Below, one piece after another: positions 36,769 through 49,310 of a DNA stretch of 61,617 nt. Within the stretch, counting starts at the first letter, position 1; each line of letters starts with the position of its first letter. The DNA comes from Octopus bimaculoides. Lineage: Eukaryota. The notes beneath the pieces are model-generated. The model was not told the origin of the DNA. It ran no database searches and saw nothing but the letters and a program-made list of their open reading frames with translations. Location of the stretch: NCBI RefSeq assembly GCF_001194135.2, contig NC_068999.1, positions 28,305,541-28,367,157 on the forward strand. The letters run 5' to 3'. A program made the position numbers and the translations under genes.

Positions 36769-36807
<39 letters not shown>

Positions 36808-37424
36808 TATATATATACTATGTATATAATACTATGTATATAATATGATATATATATATATTTATGTACTACTGTTAGCCAAATTAGTTCATAGATTTTT
36901 TTTTTTTTTTTTTGCGTACATGACATGTCCTTCTTTTTCATTTCTCTTAATTTTTCCCTTTTACAAGTTATTTGTAAATATCCAGTCAAATTTTCCATAT
37001 TACTCCATTTGTTTTTCCTTCTGGATTTTTATTAATTACTGTTTTGATGATTTTTCCTTAAGTTCTTCACTGACACGAATGACAATACATAACTTTAATT
37101 ATAATAATTATTATAATTTTTTCGTACATATTTTTATTGCTTTTTGAAATGTTTGTATGTGCATATTAAATCCAATTTTGATCTTAAAACATCTCTTGTC
37201 CATTTTTATAATTGTTTATGGTGTTTTATACCTATACCAAACTTTTCATTTGTTATTTTCATATTCTTATTGCTTGCTCTAGCAGGATATTTTTGAATAT
37301 GATGAATTTTTATTAGAAATTATTTTCTCTCTTTTTGGGCTCCTCAAAACGTTTGAATTATTTTACTTGAACTTTTTTTTTTTATCACATATATATATTA
37401 TTTATATACTATATACATATATAT

Positions 37425-37750
37425 GGTTCTGGGTCTGTCCCACTGTGTGGCACCTCGGGCAAGTGTCTTCTGCTGTAGCTTCATGTTGAGCAAAGCCTTG
37501 TGAATGGATTTGGTAGACGGAAACTGAAAGAAGCCCGTTGTATATGTGTGTGTGTGTCTGTGTTTGTCCCCCCACCATCGCTTGACAACAGACGCTGTTG
37601 TGTTTATGTCCCTGTAGTTTAGCAGTTTGGCAAAAGAGACCAATAGAATAAGTACTAGGCTTATGATGAATAAGTCATGGGGTCAACTTACTCAACTAAA
37701 GGCGATGTCCCAGCATGGCTGCTGTCAAATGACTGAAACAAGTAAAAGAA
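37425..37750 (+). mobile_element. SINE, near full length
   Basis: B-box-like ggttctgggtc, CORE-like cacctcgggcaagtgtcttc, shared body and tail. Partial relative at 36290-36425. Confidence 0.8.
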
Positions 37751-38465
37751 AGTAATGGAAGGGAAGATGAAGTGAAGGAGAGATTGGGAGCAAGGGAGAT
37801 GGTGGCACAGTATTTTGCATTCTCACAAGGGATGGTGTTCAGAATATAAATGGGATGCACCTCTTATATGTCCATAACTTATGCTGCGTGCAGCAAATGG
37901 AATTATTTCCAATTCCCTTCCTACATATAGGGCAGGGTCATTCACCTGACGAAAAGAGAGTCTTATTTTCTTTCTTCCTAACAACAACTTTGGTCTTTTC
38001 TAGGTTAACTTTAAAGCCCTTTGATTCCAAGTTTTGCTTCCATATCTTGAATTTCTTCTCCAATTCTGCTACAGATTCTGCAGTAAGAGTGAGGTCATCT
38101 ACATAAAGTAGTTCTCATGGTCATCCAGATTTGAATTCTTCTGTTATGGCTTGCAGGACTATAATGAAAAAGAATGGGCTGAGAACTGAGCCTTGGTGAA
38201 CCCCTACTTGTACACTAAATTCACCACTATTTGTGACCGACTCTCACCTTACTGACAGCACCACTGTACATGGCTCTTACAAGCCACTCCTCTACTCCTA
38301 ACTTCCTTATAGACCACCAGATAATAGAGCAGGGGACTCTGTTGAAAGATTTCTCCATGTGAATAAAAGCTTAGTATAATGGCTTACTTTTAGCCAAATA
38401 CTTTTCCTGCAGTTATCTTACTAGGAAGATGGCATCTGTGGTACTCTTCCCAAATACAAATATTC
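37750..38465 (-). mobile_element. RTE LINE RT fragment with PHD-like insert
   Basis: Diverged paralogue of 43690-44320. Confidence 0.75.
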
Positions 38466-39096
38466 CTAATCTACCTTTTTTTCTCTCTTTTTCTTTAAAA
38501 TATTTAACAACAAAAGACAGTTTTTCTTTTAAAGCATTTCACAACAGACAGTTCTTTGGAGAGCCCCTTTTTTTCTTTATTTTTCTTTAAAAACATTTAA
38601 CAACAAGACAGTTCTTTTCTCTTACTCTTTTAAAACACAGAAAGTTCATTTTTTTTCTTTCTTTAAAAACATTTAATGGCAACAGACAGTTTTTTTTTCC
38701 TATTTGCCTCTGCAATGTTCACATTCCTGGTTGTGTCATTCGCACCTGTTTGTTTTCTTCCTCCCATCAACACGCTAGCTCCTCTGCGTAAAATGTGCAT
38801 GTTCCCTGCTAGTTGGCTGTTCTCTCTCGCTCTGTCTGTTTGCCCTTGCAACTTGTGGGTTACCTATATATATCAGATGATGCAGCCAGAAAGACAGGTA
38901 TATTGCAGGTAGCACAGTTCATGTTTACCTTCAAAACTGGGTTACTCTATTGTTGTTTTAAACTCTTTGTGACTGTAGAGGTCAAGAGATCAAGTACCTA
39001 CAGTTATAAAAAATCCGTTCTTTCTGATAAAACAATCAAAATCTCACTGGCATGTATAACTAGAGCACTGTTTCAAACCCAGCTAATGGCAAAAGG

Positions 39097-40600
39097 ATCA
39101 TCATCATCATCATCATCGTTTAACGTCCGCTTTCCATGCTAGCATGGGTTGGACGATTTGACTGAGGACTGGTGAAACCAGATGGCTACACCAGGCTCCA
39201 ATCTGATTTGGCAGAGTTTCTACAGCTGGATGCCCTTTCTAACGCCAACCACTCAGAGAGTGTAGTGGGTGCTTTTTACGTGCCACCGGCACGAAGGCCA
39301 GTCAGGCGGTACTGGCAACAGCCATGCTCAAAATGGAGTATTTTATGTGCCACCCACACAAGAGCCAGTCCAGGGGCACTGGCAACGATCTCGCTCGAAA
39401 GTACTTACACATGCTGCGGGCACANNNNNNNNNNNNNNNNNNNNNNNNNNNNNNNNNNNNNNNNNNNNNNNNNNNNNNNNNNNNNNNNNNNNNNNNNNNN
39501 NNNNNNNNNNNNNNNNNNNNNNNNNNNNNNNNNNNNNNNNNNNNNNNNNNNNNNNNNNNNNNNNNNNNNNNNNNNNNNNNNNNNNNNNNNNNNNNNNNNN
39601 NNNNNNNNNNNNNNNNNNNNNNNNNNNNNNNNNNNNNNNNNNNNNNNNNNNNNNNNNNNNNNNNNNNNNNNNNNNNNNNNNNNNNNNNNNNNNNNNNNNN
39701 NNNNNNNNNNNNNNNNNNNNNNNNNNNNNNNNNNNNNNNNNNNNNNNNNNNNNNNNNNNNNNNNNNNNNNNNNNNNNNNNNNNNNNNNNNNNNNNNNNNN
39801 NNNNNNNNNNNNNNNNNNNNNNNNNNNNNNNNNNNNNNNNNNNNNNNNNNNNNNNNNNNNNNNNNNNNNNNNNNNNNNNNNNNNNNNNNNNNNNNNNNNN
39901 NNNNNNNNNNNNNNNNNNNNNNNNNNNNNNNNNNNNNNNNNNNNNNNNNNNNNNNNNNNNNNNNNNNNNNNNNNNNNNNNNNNNNNNNNNNNNNNNNNNN
40001 NNNNNNNNNNNNNNNNNNNNNNNNNNNNNNNNNNNNNNNNNNNNNNNNNNNNNNNNNNNNNNNNNNNNNNNNNNNNNNNNNNNNNNNNNNNNNNNNNNNN
40101 NNNNNNNNNNNNNNNNNNNNNGGCATGTGTAAGGACTTTCGAGAGAGATCGTTGCCAGTGCCCCTGGACTGGCTCTTGTGCAGGTGGCACATAAAATACA
40201 CCATTTTGAGCGTGGCCATTGCAAGTGAAATTGAAATCGAGTTAAATTCGACGACTAGCACCCATGCCAACGTTGTCTCCCTCATTGGACATGAAACTCA
40301 GCTTGCGAAGACTTATTGCGGAAAGCGAAATCATGAAGGCATCTGTGCCCAGCGTCGCCTTTCTGGCACTTGTGCCCGCGGCATGTGTAAGGACTTTCGA
40401 GTGAGATCGTTGCCAGTCGTCAAATTTAACTCGATTTCACTTGCCTCAACCGGTCTTCGCAAGTGGAGTTTAGTGTCCAATTTAACTCGATTTTGATTTC
40501 ACTTGCCTCAACAGGTCTTCGCAACTGGAGTTTAGTGTCCAATTTAACTCGATTTCAATTTCACTTGCCTCAACAGGTCTTCGCAAGTGGAGTTTAGTGT
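39097..40600. mobile_element. RTE 3' UTR pieces around a gap, in both orientations, with a triplicated about 58-bp sub-repeat
   Basis: 39097-39424 is a minus-strand tail; 40122-40224 is inverted relative to 39320-39420; three tandem aatttaactcgattt...gtggagtttagtgtcc units at 40420-40602. Confidence 0.8.
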
Positions 40601-41819
40601 CCAAAAGATATTTCATAATATCACCCCCTGTGCTCAATATTTTTTTTATTTCCTTTTTTTAAAATTTAAACCCAGAGAACGATGCTCACATCGTGTGAAC
40701 ATGAAATCATCAGGATTTTTTTTTTTTCTCATTCGTAACAGTATATATAATATAGTTTACACTATTTTTTAAAACTTTATCAGTTTCAGCTGAAAGCTGT
40801 TGGTATGCTGGGGCACCAACATTTTGCTACACTGTTATTATTGAGAGCCTCCTCTGATATGTGACATTTGGTGAACAAGTGAGTTTGATGTCACTGCCAC
40901 GAGGTAGGTTCATCTGGGACTCTCGACAGGAAAAGATCCAGTTTTGATTTGAAAACACCTACATCCACTTTGTGTAGGTCCCTCAGGCTCTTTGGGAGTA
41001 TATTAAAAGCTGTGGGCCTCTGAAACCCAGGCTGTTGCGCAACAGCATTGCTGGGATCTATATATTATATATTTTCTTTCTTTTTTTTTTTTGAAGAGCT
41101 TGGGTTTAGGGAAGATTTTCTATGCTTCATTTTGGTCCAACCACTGCAAAGAATGTTTTTTATTATTGTACAGAATCCACTTTACATCGCAAGTTACAAT
41201 ATGGTTGAGAAATGGCTCGGTCTGGTTACGGAGAAGTGACAAGCAAATTTCACATGCACATTTTCTGATTTTCATTCAAATCGTGTGGTACCCATTTGAT
41301 GAGGTTTTTTTAATTTTCTGATCGCATGCAAATGGTTGCAGGCAGTTTTCTGGCTAACTTGAAGTCCTTTTGCTAGTTCTTAAGTGGTTTTTACATGGAT
41401 CTTTCTCAATAACGGTCTTTAATTGACCGTCATTGATGACAAATGGGCGTCTACTATGTTCACAATCTTCTAGGCTTAGATCTCCACTGCAAAATCGTTT
41501 AAACCATTTTCAAGCTGACCACTCACTGGTCATTTCCTCACTAAATGTTCAAAACTCTGCAAAAATCCGGTACAAATTCTTCATGGTTCAAAATGTTGCT
41601 TACTTTTTACTCTGATATATATTCATACATCCACACACATTCATACACACAGTATATATTTATATACAATAATGACTGGCCTGATGGAAGGATGCATCTT
41701 CATCTTGATGTCATTATCCACAAGATCCTTGATCAACCTCCTGGTGTAGACATCCGCTACAGAATGGATGGAAGACTTTTCTGCATCCCCTACTTCTGCT
41801 CAAAAGTCTTCATCTCATC

Positions 41820-42457
41820 ATGCACACCAGGCTAATCACATCACAGGAAAATGTGACATTGGTTGAAGCAGATCCAGCTGGTTTCCTTGAACATTTCCTA
41901 ACTCAAGGATGAGTGTTGGGTTCATCACTTTGAGCCAAAGACAAAGAGACCATCTCTTCAGTGGTAATACCCCTTCTCACCTCCTCCAAAGAAGACCAAG
42001 GTCATTTCATCTGCAGGGAAGGTGATGGCCTCCATCAATGGAGAGAGTACTCTATCAACTTGCTGAGGCAGTTATGAAAGGCTACCAAGACCAAACACCC
42101 AAGAAAACTGATGAAAGGGAACTTGTTTCATCAGGATAAGTCCTTGGTTTCAATGGCAGCTGTGCATGACTATGGTTTTGAACTGGTTGATCAGACTCCC
42201 TACTCTCCTGATTTGGCCCCATCTGACTATCATCAGTTCTCCAACATGAAAAATACTTGGCTGAGAACCAGTGATGTCATATCTACAGTTACCACTAGTT
42301 ACTTTTGAAGTCTTCTTTCAACAGTCAAATGTCAGTTTATGTGGAAAGAAGCAATTCAGTTATTAAGAAGAGTTGAAATTAATGCATGCAAGATTTCACA
42401 GTTGTTAACATCACTCCTTCATAGTCAACCTAAGAACTTTTCAGCCCACCCATGTAT
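41820..42457 (+). mobile_element. Mariner transposase remnant with 3' TIR
   Basis: EADPAGFLEHFLTQDECWVHHFEP...SAGKVMAS...FHQD...TPYSPDLAPSDY; ends aacttttcagcccacccatgTA. Confidence 0.88.
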
Positions 42458-42619
42458 GAATGCACTGGAAATTTGTATTTTCCACCTAAACTATTCATTT
42501 TAGCTTGTTAAAAAAAAATACACTTCAGTAAAGTTTTAAAATGCTCATCCATACCAAAAATGCATAAATTCCGTGAAAAGATATTTCAAATGTAGCTGTC
42601 TTTTGTTTCTTTCATTATT

Positions 42620-45600
42620 ATCATTGTTTAACGTCTGCCTTCCATGCTGACATGGGTTGGACAATCTGACAGGGGCCTGCACCAGACTTCTGTGTCTGTT
42701 TTTGCAGGGTTTTTACAGCTGGATGCCCTTCCTAACACCAACCACCCAGCAGAGTGGACTGAGTGCTTTTTATGTGGCACAAGTACAGGCAAGGTCAGTT
42801 TTAGCAAGGTTTTTACAGCTGGATGCCCTTCCAAATGCCAACCACTTTTACAGTGTAAACTAGATACTTTTTACGTGGCATCAGCACTGGCAGGGTCACT
42901 AAGTAAATTGCAAGACAAAGATCCTTTCAGAGGAGAGGGAGCATTGGAGGAGGTGATCTTGTGTCAGATGATGAATGGTTAGAGTGAGACAGAAACAGGT
43001 TTTTAGCTGTAGAGATGGTACATGCTTACCCAACCAGAGTGAGAGAGTGATCAGGAATGAGAACAGAAACAGGTGTGCTGCTGTAAAGGAGTTACATGGT
43101 TACCCAGCCTAAGGGAAGAGCAAGTGAAGGAGAGAGTGGGCGCAAGAGAGCTGAAGGGAGATGGTGGCAGAGTTCTGGGCATACTCGCAAGGGATGGGGG
43201 ATCAGAATATAAATGGGATGGTCGAGTAAAAGAGGGAGATAAATGATGGCAAGTGAGATATGGAGGTGATAATATAAGTTGGAAGACTACCAAAGAAGCA
43301 TGAGTAGAGAGTGGGGGAGGCGAATGCTGTGAGTGGTGAAAACCTGGGTATATAGAGGGGATGGGGGTGCTACCAGATAGCAGTGATACAGTGGACAGGG
43401 CCATGAGGACAGGATTGGGAAGTGAGAGGTAAGCATAGTGTGTGAAAGAAGAGATGTAGTTTGGTTTGTTGGGATAGGGTGTGCGAAGAGTTTTCTTGTT
43501 ACATGTGGGTGGAACACAGCACTTCTAGAACTCAGTTTTACTGACATGGATGGGTCTTCTCATGAACCTCATATTACCAAACATCTCAGTCCATTGTCAT
43601 CTCCATGAAGTTCAGTACCCTGAGATTGGTCCTTACCACTTTGTCCCATGTTTTCCTGGGTCTCCCCTTCTGCATGAGACTAAGTACCATGTGCCCTTAA
43701 TACTTATTGTGATTCCACTGCACCTCTTATGTGGCCATAGCTTACATTGGGTGCAGCAAATGGAATTATTTCCAACCCCTTTCCTACATATTGGGTGGGG
43801 TCATTCACCTGACGAAAAGAGAGTCTTATTTTCTTTCTTCTTAACAACAACTTTGATCTTTTCTAGGTTAACTTTAAGGCCCTTTGTTTTCAGATTTTGC
43901 TTCCATATCTTGAATTTCTTCTCGATTCTGCTCCAGATTCTGCAATAAGCGTGAGATCATCTACATAAAGTAGTTCCCATGGGCATCCGGATTTCAATTG
44001 TTTTGTTATGGCTTGGAGGACTATAATGAATAAGAGTGGGCTGAAAACTGAACCTTGGTGAACCCCTACTTGTACACTATACTCATCACTATTCATGGCC
44101 GACTCTCACCTTACTGACAAACCACTCCTCTACTCCTAACTTCCTTAGAGACCACCAGATAACAGAGCAGGGGACTCTGTTGGAAACTTTTTCCGTGTCA
44201 ACAAAACCTAAGTCCAATGGCTTACTTTTAGCCAAATACTTTTCCTGCAGTTATCTCACTAGGAAGATGGCATCAGTGGTACTCTTCCCAAGTACAAATA
44301 CTCCTAATCAGTTGATCTATAACCCTCTCAGTAACTTTCATGACCTGGTCTTGCAGTTTGATACCTCCGTAGTTGTTTCTATCTACGGCATCACCTTTAC
44401 TTTTGTAGTAGTTAACTATAATACTACACCAGTCACTGAGAATGACACCTTCCTGAATAACCTGATTAATTATATGGGTGACTAGGAATTTTAATCATCT
44501 CAGCAGTGATTCCTGATGGCCCAGGGGCTTTCCCTGTCTCCATATCCTTAACTGTCTTATCTATTATGCTATCAACTCTGGTGGCTGGTCCCTCAGTTAG
44601 TTCGATACTTGAAAGACTCTCCTCCTCCCATTCATTTTCCACAAACTAACCTTTTATAGAGACACTTCCAAGCATATTTCTTCTCTGAGTCACTCAGTGC
44701 AAGCATACCATTATCCATTCACATACATATCTCTCCCACCACATCTCTATTCTCTGATACACTGCTTTGCAATCCTGAACACCTGACACTCTGTTCCTCA
44801 CACTGTAGAACATTTTCAAATCTCTCACCTTCTGCTATTCCATTTATTATGTGAACCTGACAACTAGCTACCCTGCTGGCTACCTGATATAATTCTCTGC
44901 TTCTACTGCTTTTCCAGTACTGTCTTTTTGCTTTTATAGCACTGTCTACCTCCTTGTTCCACCACCATGTGAGCCTTGGCTTAGCTGGGACTCTGCACCA
45001 ACCACAGATTTCTTCTGTAGCCCTCAGTAGACTGTCCCCAGGAACTTCCAATTGTCTTTTAAGCTATATGTCCCCAACTCTTCCTCTCTATCATCAGAAG
45101 CTGCCATTAGGAAATCTCAAAATTTCTGTCTGTTTGCTGGGTCTTTGAGCTTCCATAGTCTTCTTTTCTAGATTGGTTTATTTCTCCGAGTCTTTCTAGT
45201 TCTAATTCTGAAGTCACTAACTAGTAACCTATGTTGGGTTGTACACTCTTCACCTAGGAAAGTCTTTGTATTTGCAAGCATCTGTCTATCTCATTGCCTG
45301 GTGAGGAGGTAGTCAATCTGGCCACCAAACTGATAAATGATTAGGTGGCTGGCTAGCTGGTTTTCTGAAGTTAGTGTTGCAGATCATGAGATCATTTGCA
45401 TCACAGAACTCCAGCAATCTTGTTCACTCCTCATTCCTAGGGCCAAAGCCATATCCACCATGCACTCCATGGAATCTATGAGGATGCTGTCCAACATGTC
45501 CATTAAATCACCAGCCACAACAACAAAGTCTCTGTCATTAGGCAGTCTGCAGAAAGAATTGGTCTATAGAATTGGTCCAACCAGCCTAGACTGAAGAGCA

Positions 45601-45990
45601 TAGGCAGAGATAAATGTAACTGTTAATTTATCCATAAGTCTCGGCTTAATTACCCTATCACATACTCTGACTACCTCAATTACCTTATCTACCCACTTTC
45701 CTGCTAACAGTATGCCTACACCACCCATTCCATCACTCCTGCCCACCCAGAAGAATTTGAATCTCTGTCTTGCCTGTGAGGAATCTAGCAGAGGCTCCCT
45801 TCCATCCTACTTCTTGCATGCCACACACATCAACATGGCATTGCTCCAACATTTTAGTAATTTCCCCACTCCTTCCTTTCATTGTACCAGCTTTGATGGT
45901 AGCAGCCCTGAGATTGTGTACTTTGGAATGACAGCAGGAAGGCAGTTGTGGAACTTTTGTCATCACCTGAAAAGAAGATCTGCACAAATG
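42620..45990 (-). mobile_element. Fragmented RTE LINE: endonuclease, RT (with PHD-like insert), 3' UTR and tail
   Basis: GTMKGRSGEITKMLE...DVCGMQEVGW (EN); VGVHQGSVFSPLLFIIVL...ELLYVDDL...GLKVNL (RT); tail at 42620. Many deletions; may be more than one copy. Confidence 0.8.
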
Positions 45991-46211
45991 CTTGCCAGCT
46001 AGCATAGAGCTTTGGTACATAGTTTATTCAGTGAATTACAATGAATCACAGTTTCCCCATTCCATACAATATCCAGAGCAAGAGCCAAGAGATGAAGAGG
46101 GTGTGAGAATAGGGCATGTAGGCTGACCAGGAAGAGAAGATAGGGTGGCTACATAGGATAGTTTAAGTATTATATGTCTAAATATTTATATATGCGGTAC
46201 CATTAACTGTG

Positions 46212-46500
46212 TGGAGGCGCAATGGCCCAGTGGTTAGGGCAGCAGACTCATGGTTGGAGGATCTCGGTTTTGATTCCCAGATTGTGTGTGTTTATTGAGC
46301 GAAAACACCTAAAGCTCCATGAGGCTCCCGCAGGTGGTGGTGACGACCCCTGTTGTACTCTTTCGCCCCAACTTTCTCTCTTTCTTCCTGTTTCTTGAGT
46401 AACGTTGCGATGGACTGGTGTCCTGTCCAGCTGGGGGGAACACATACACCATGGAAACCGGGCCCATGAGCCTGGCTAGGCTTTAAAAGAGCGCATAAAT
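46212..46500 (+). mobile_element. tRNA-derived SINE, second family
   Basis: A box ggcccagtggttagg, B-box-like ggttttgattcc, central gcgatggactggtgtcctgtccag, (TAAA)n tail. Confidence 0.75.
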
Positions 46501-46914
46501 AAATAAATAAATGACCATTAACTGTATATAGCACTCATCAGGATGTATGGATGAAGATATATGGGACAAACAGGAAACTAAGCAAAATATGCACTCCCAC
46601 ACACAGCACAGGAGGTTGACTTCTAAAAGCTGAAATATTAAAAAGACTCTTTATTGATTACTAATATGCTGTATATAATGATATCTACATAAAATATTAG
46701 AATGACTTTCAACTTGAAATACAGAAGTTGATTTGAAATAAAAGAGTGTGATCTAGAGAATAGCAAAGAATTATAACAGCCTAAAATATGTCAGTCTGAC
46801 AGTTGATAAAATCATTACTTTAAAAATAGAAGACTGAGAAAGAGAGCTGATGATGTTATGGGTGGAGTGATCTTCAAATTGAGTCCAGCATTTCATTATT
46901 TAGTTTAAGAGACA

Positions 46915-47260
46915 GGCATGGTTGTATATTTAAGAAGTTTGTTTCACAATCACATGCAGTCAGATTCAGCTCCATAATACAACACTATAGGCATGTGTCT
47001 TCTATAGCCCCAGGCTGACCGATGCCTTGTGAGTGAATTTAGTAGATGTGTAGGCTCTGTAGGAGCCCATATGTGCTGGTGGTATGTAAAAAGCACCCAG
47101 TGCACTCTGTAAAGTGGTTGGTGTTAGGAAGTGCATCAAGCTGTAGAAACCATGCCAAAACAGATAAGGGAGCCTGATGTGACTCCCAGCCTTGCCAACT
47201 CTTGTCAAACTGTCTAATCCATGCCACCATGGAAAGCAGATATTAAATTACGAAGTGTGT

Positions 47261-47315
<55 letters not shown>

Positions 47316-47485
47316 TGCAGATGTGGCAATGTGGTAAGACGTTTGCTTCTCACCCACAGAGTTTCACCTTTAGTCCTCACATGTGACACCTTAAACAAGT
47401 GTTTTCTATTATATCCCCTGTCTAACCAAAGCCTTGTGAGTGAATTTAGCCAAAGAAAACTGAAAGAAGACTGTCGTGTGTGTGT
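46915..47485. mobile_element. Two decayed SINE/RTE-tail copies separated by (TA)n
   Basis: SINE heads at about 46915 and 47312; RTE tail at 47080-47250. Confidence 0.55.
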
Positions 47486-47539
47486 AGGTAAAGTGTACAA
47501 AACATGTAAATTCAAAACCAACTGATCAACATCGCACAG

Positions 47540-47790
47540 CCGTGTAGACCCAAGAACAAGTTACAAATGACCGATGTAATTTATAAATTTCACTGTAAAA
47601 GTAATAATTGTAAGCTTCATAATTGTAACTACTACATTGGTCATATGAGCACAGGTCTCTTTCAGTCACCATACATTTCATTGAAGAGCAATTATATCAT
47701 ACATAGCATAAAACAAAGGTAGATACAAAAATATTTACAGATACTTTATAAACAATTAATCATGGAAGCAATACTCATCAGATTTCCTGT
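47540..47790 (+). mobile_element. Possible GIY-YIG (PLE) remnant
   Basis: KLQMTDVIYKFHCKSNNCKLHNCNYYIGHMS resembles VIY.F.C....C...YIG.T. Confidence 0.45.
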
Positions 47791-48358
47791 CTTTTCAACT
47801 TTCTCACCTACACCTTTACATATTCTATCATCATTAACATAACTCTATTTCTTATTCTCACAGTATGTGTGCATCTTTGTGTTTGTCTCTCACTACTTAA
47901 CAACTGGTGTTGATTTCTTTATGTTCCTGTAGCATAGCAGTTCAGAAAAATAATAATAATAAAAGGTCAAGAGAATAAGTACCAGACTTAAGCAAAATGA
48001 AATACTGGGTTGATTTGATTGACAACAGTGATGCAATATGATATGCAGCCAAATGATAAAATCAAGTAAATGAATAAAGAAAAAAAAGAGTACTTTTAAT
48101 ATTTTTTATGTTTTTTTTTTTACATTCATTGAGATCATGTTGCATTTACATGAAACCACTTCCTCTGATATAAAATAGATTTTTGTCGAATTGAAATCTG
48201 AAAGTGATTTCATAATTTGGATTTTGAACAGTTTACTTTTAAGAACTTTTTTGTTATATTTTTGTTCATTAAGCTAACACTGTGATATGCTAACATTATA
48301 TAATTATGAAAGCTGTCTATCACATCATTCTAAACTGTGGGATGTTTTATTTTTATAG

Positions 48359-48542
48359 ACTCCGAAAATAAAGAAAACTTATTCAACTTCTTCACAAGAT
48401 TCTTCTGTATTGTCTTCACAAAACAATAAATCAACTCGAAGTAACAATGAATCCAACAAAGTTGACAATAAACACAACAATAACAAAGATTCCCTTTTAG
48501 GAACCAATGTACAAAGCAGTTTTAAAAGAATTCGTGATAATG
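48359..48542 (+). CDS. Candidate downstream exon of the SH3 gene (low-complexity S/N/K-rich linker)
   Basis: ttttatttttatag| acceptor, AATG|gtaagc donor; 184 nt open in phase 0 to 1 (TPKIKKTYSTSSQ...FKRIRDN); phase matches the SH3 exon donor; not repeat-like. Confidence 0.6.
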
Positions 48543-48721
48543 GTAAGCCTACGAATTTTCTTTTTTATCTTTCAGTTTATTTCTATTAATTTGTTACTTA
48601 GGTGTCAAGTTTTTTCTTAAAGAGGTGGAATTCAATTGATTATATTGATTATACTACTAATACTTAATTTATCATCCCTAAAATTTTGGTTGAGAGAAAC
48701 AAGATTAATACTGTATTATTA

Positions 48722-49060
48722 AGGTGGCGAGCTGGCAGAAACGGTAGCACGCCGGGCGAAATGCTCAGCAGTATTTCGTCTGCCGCTATGTTCTGAGTTC
48801 AAATTCTGCCAAATTTAGCCTTTCATCCTTTCGGGGTCAATTAAAATAAGTACCAGTTTCGCACTGAGGTTGATGTAATTGACTTAATCCCTTTGTCTGT
48901 CCTTGTTTGTCCCCTCTATGTTTAGCCCCTTGTGGGCCTTAATCCCTTTGTCTGTCCTNNNNNNNNNNCCTCTATGTTTAGCCCCTTGTGGGCCTTAATC
49001 CCTTTGTCTGTCCTTGTTTGTCCCCTCTATGTTTAGCCCCTTGTGGGCAATAAGGAAATA
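48722..49060 (+). mobile_element. tRNA-derived SINE, third family, with 21-bp target-site duplication
   Basis: ggcgagctggcagaa A box, gagttcaaattc B box, gcctttcatcctttcggggtc core; AGAAACAAGATTAATACTGTA at 48695-48715 and 49061-49081. Confidence 0.88.
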
Positions 49061-49284
49061 AGAAACAAGATTAATACTGTAATGCAGTATTAATGTAACA
49101 GTTGGGCCATACATAATCCTTTATGAAATTTTCTATGGCACACATGTAATAATGTTATATGAACATAATAACTTCTTAGTAAAATCATGTTGAACAATTT
49201 AATTTCTTTCTCCTTATTTACTCATGCTTTCTCTTGATCAAAGTTTGGTGGAGCTCATATTTTAACAAACAGTTTTTGTTTCAG

Positions 49285-49310
49285 ATAAAGCTTTACATGA
49301 CATACAAACT
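49285..49310 (+). CDS. Candidate 26-nt microexon (or start of a terminal exon ending DKALHDIQTV*)
   Basis: tttttgtttcag| acceptor, ACT|gtatga donor; phase 1 continues the previous exon as D-KALHDIQT. Confidence 0.4.

Noticed and set aside
38877-38897. Possible 21-nt in-frame exon MMQPERQ
   Set aside because: The acceptor is preceded by TATA repeats rather than a pyrimidine tract; no homology support.
39155-39195. CTGAGGA-ctggt-GAAA in the antisense RTE tail (many copies)
   Set aside because: Only 5 nt between the core halves, with no consistent stem I or NUH across copies; coincidental.
40420-40602. Regularly spaced repeats suggestive of a CRISPR array
   Set aside because: Head-to-tail units without unique spacers, derived from the RTE UTR, in eukaryotic DNA with no cas genes.
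46212-48810. tRNA-like A/B boxes
   Set aside because: No cloverleaf; they are heads of SINEs followed by SINE bodies and tails.
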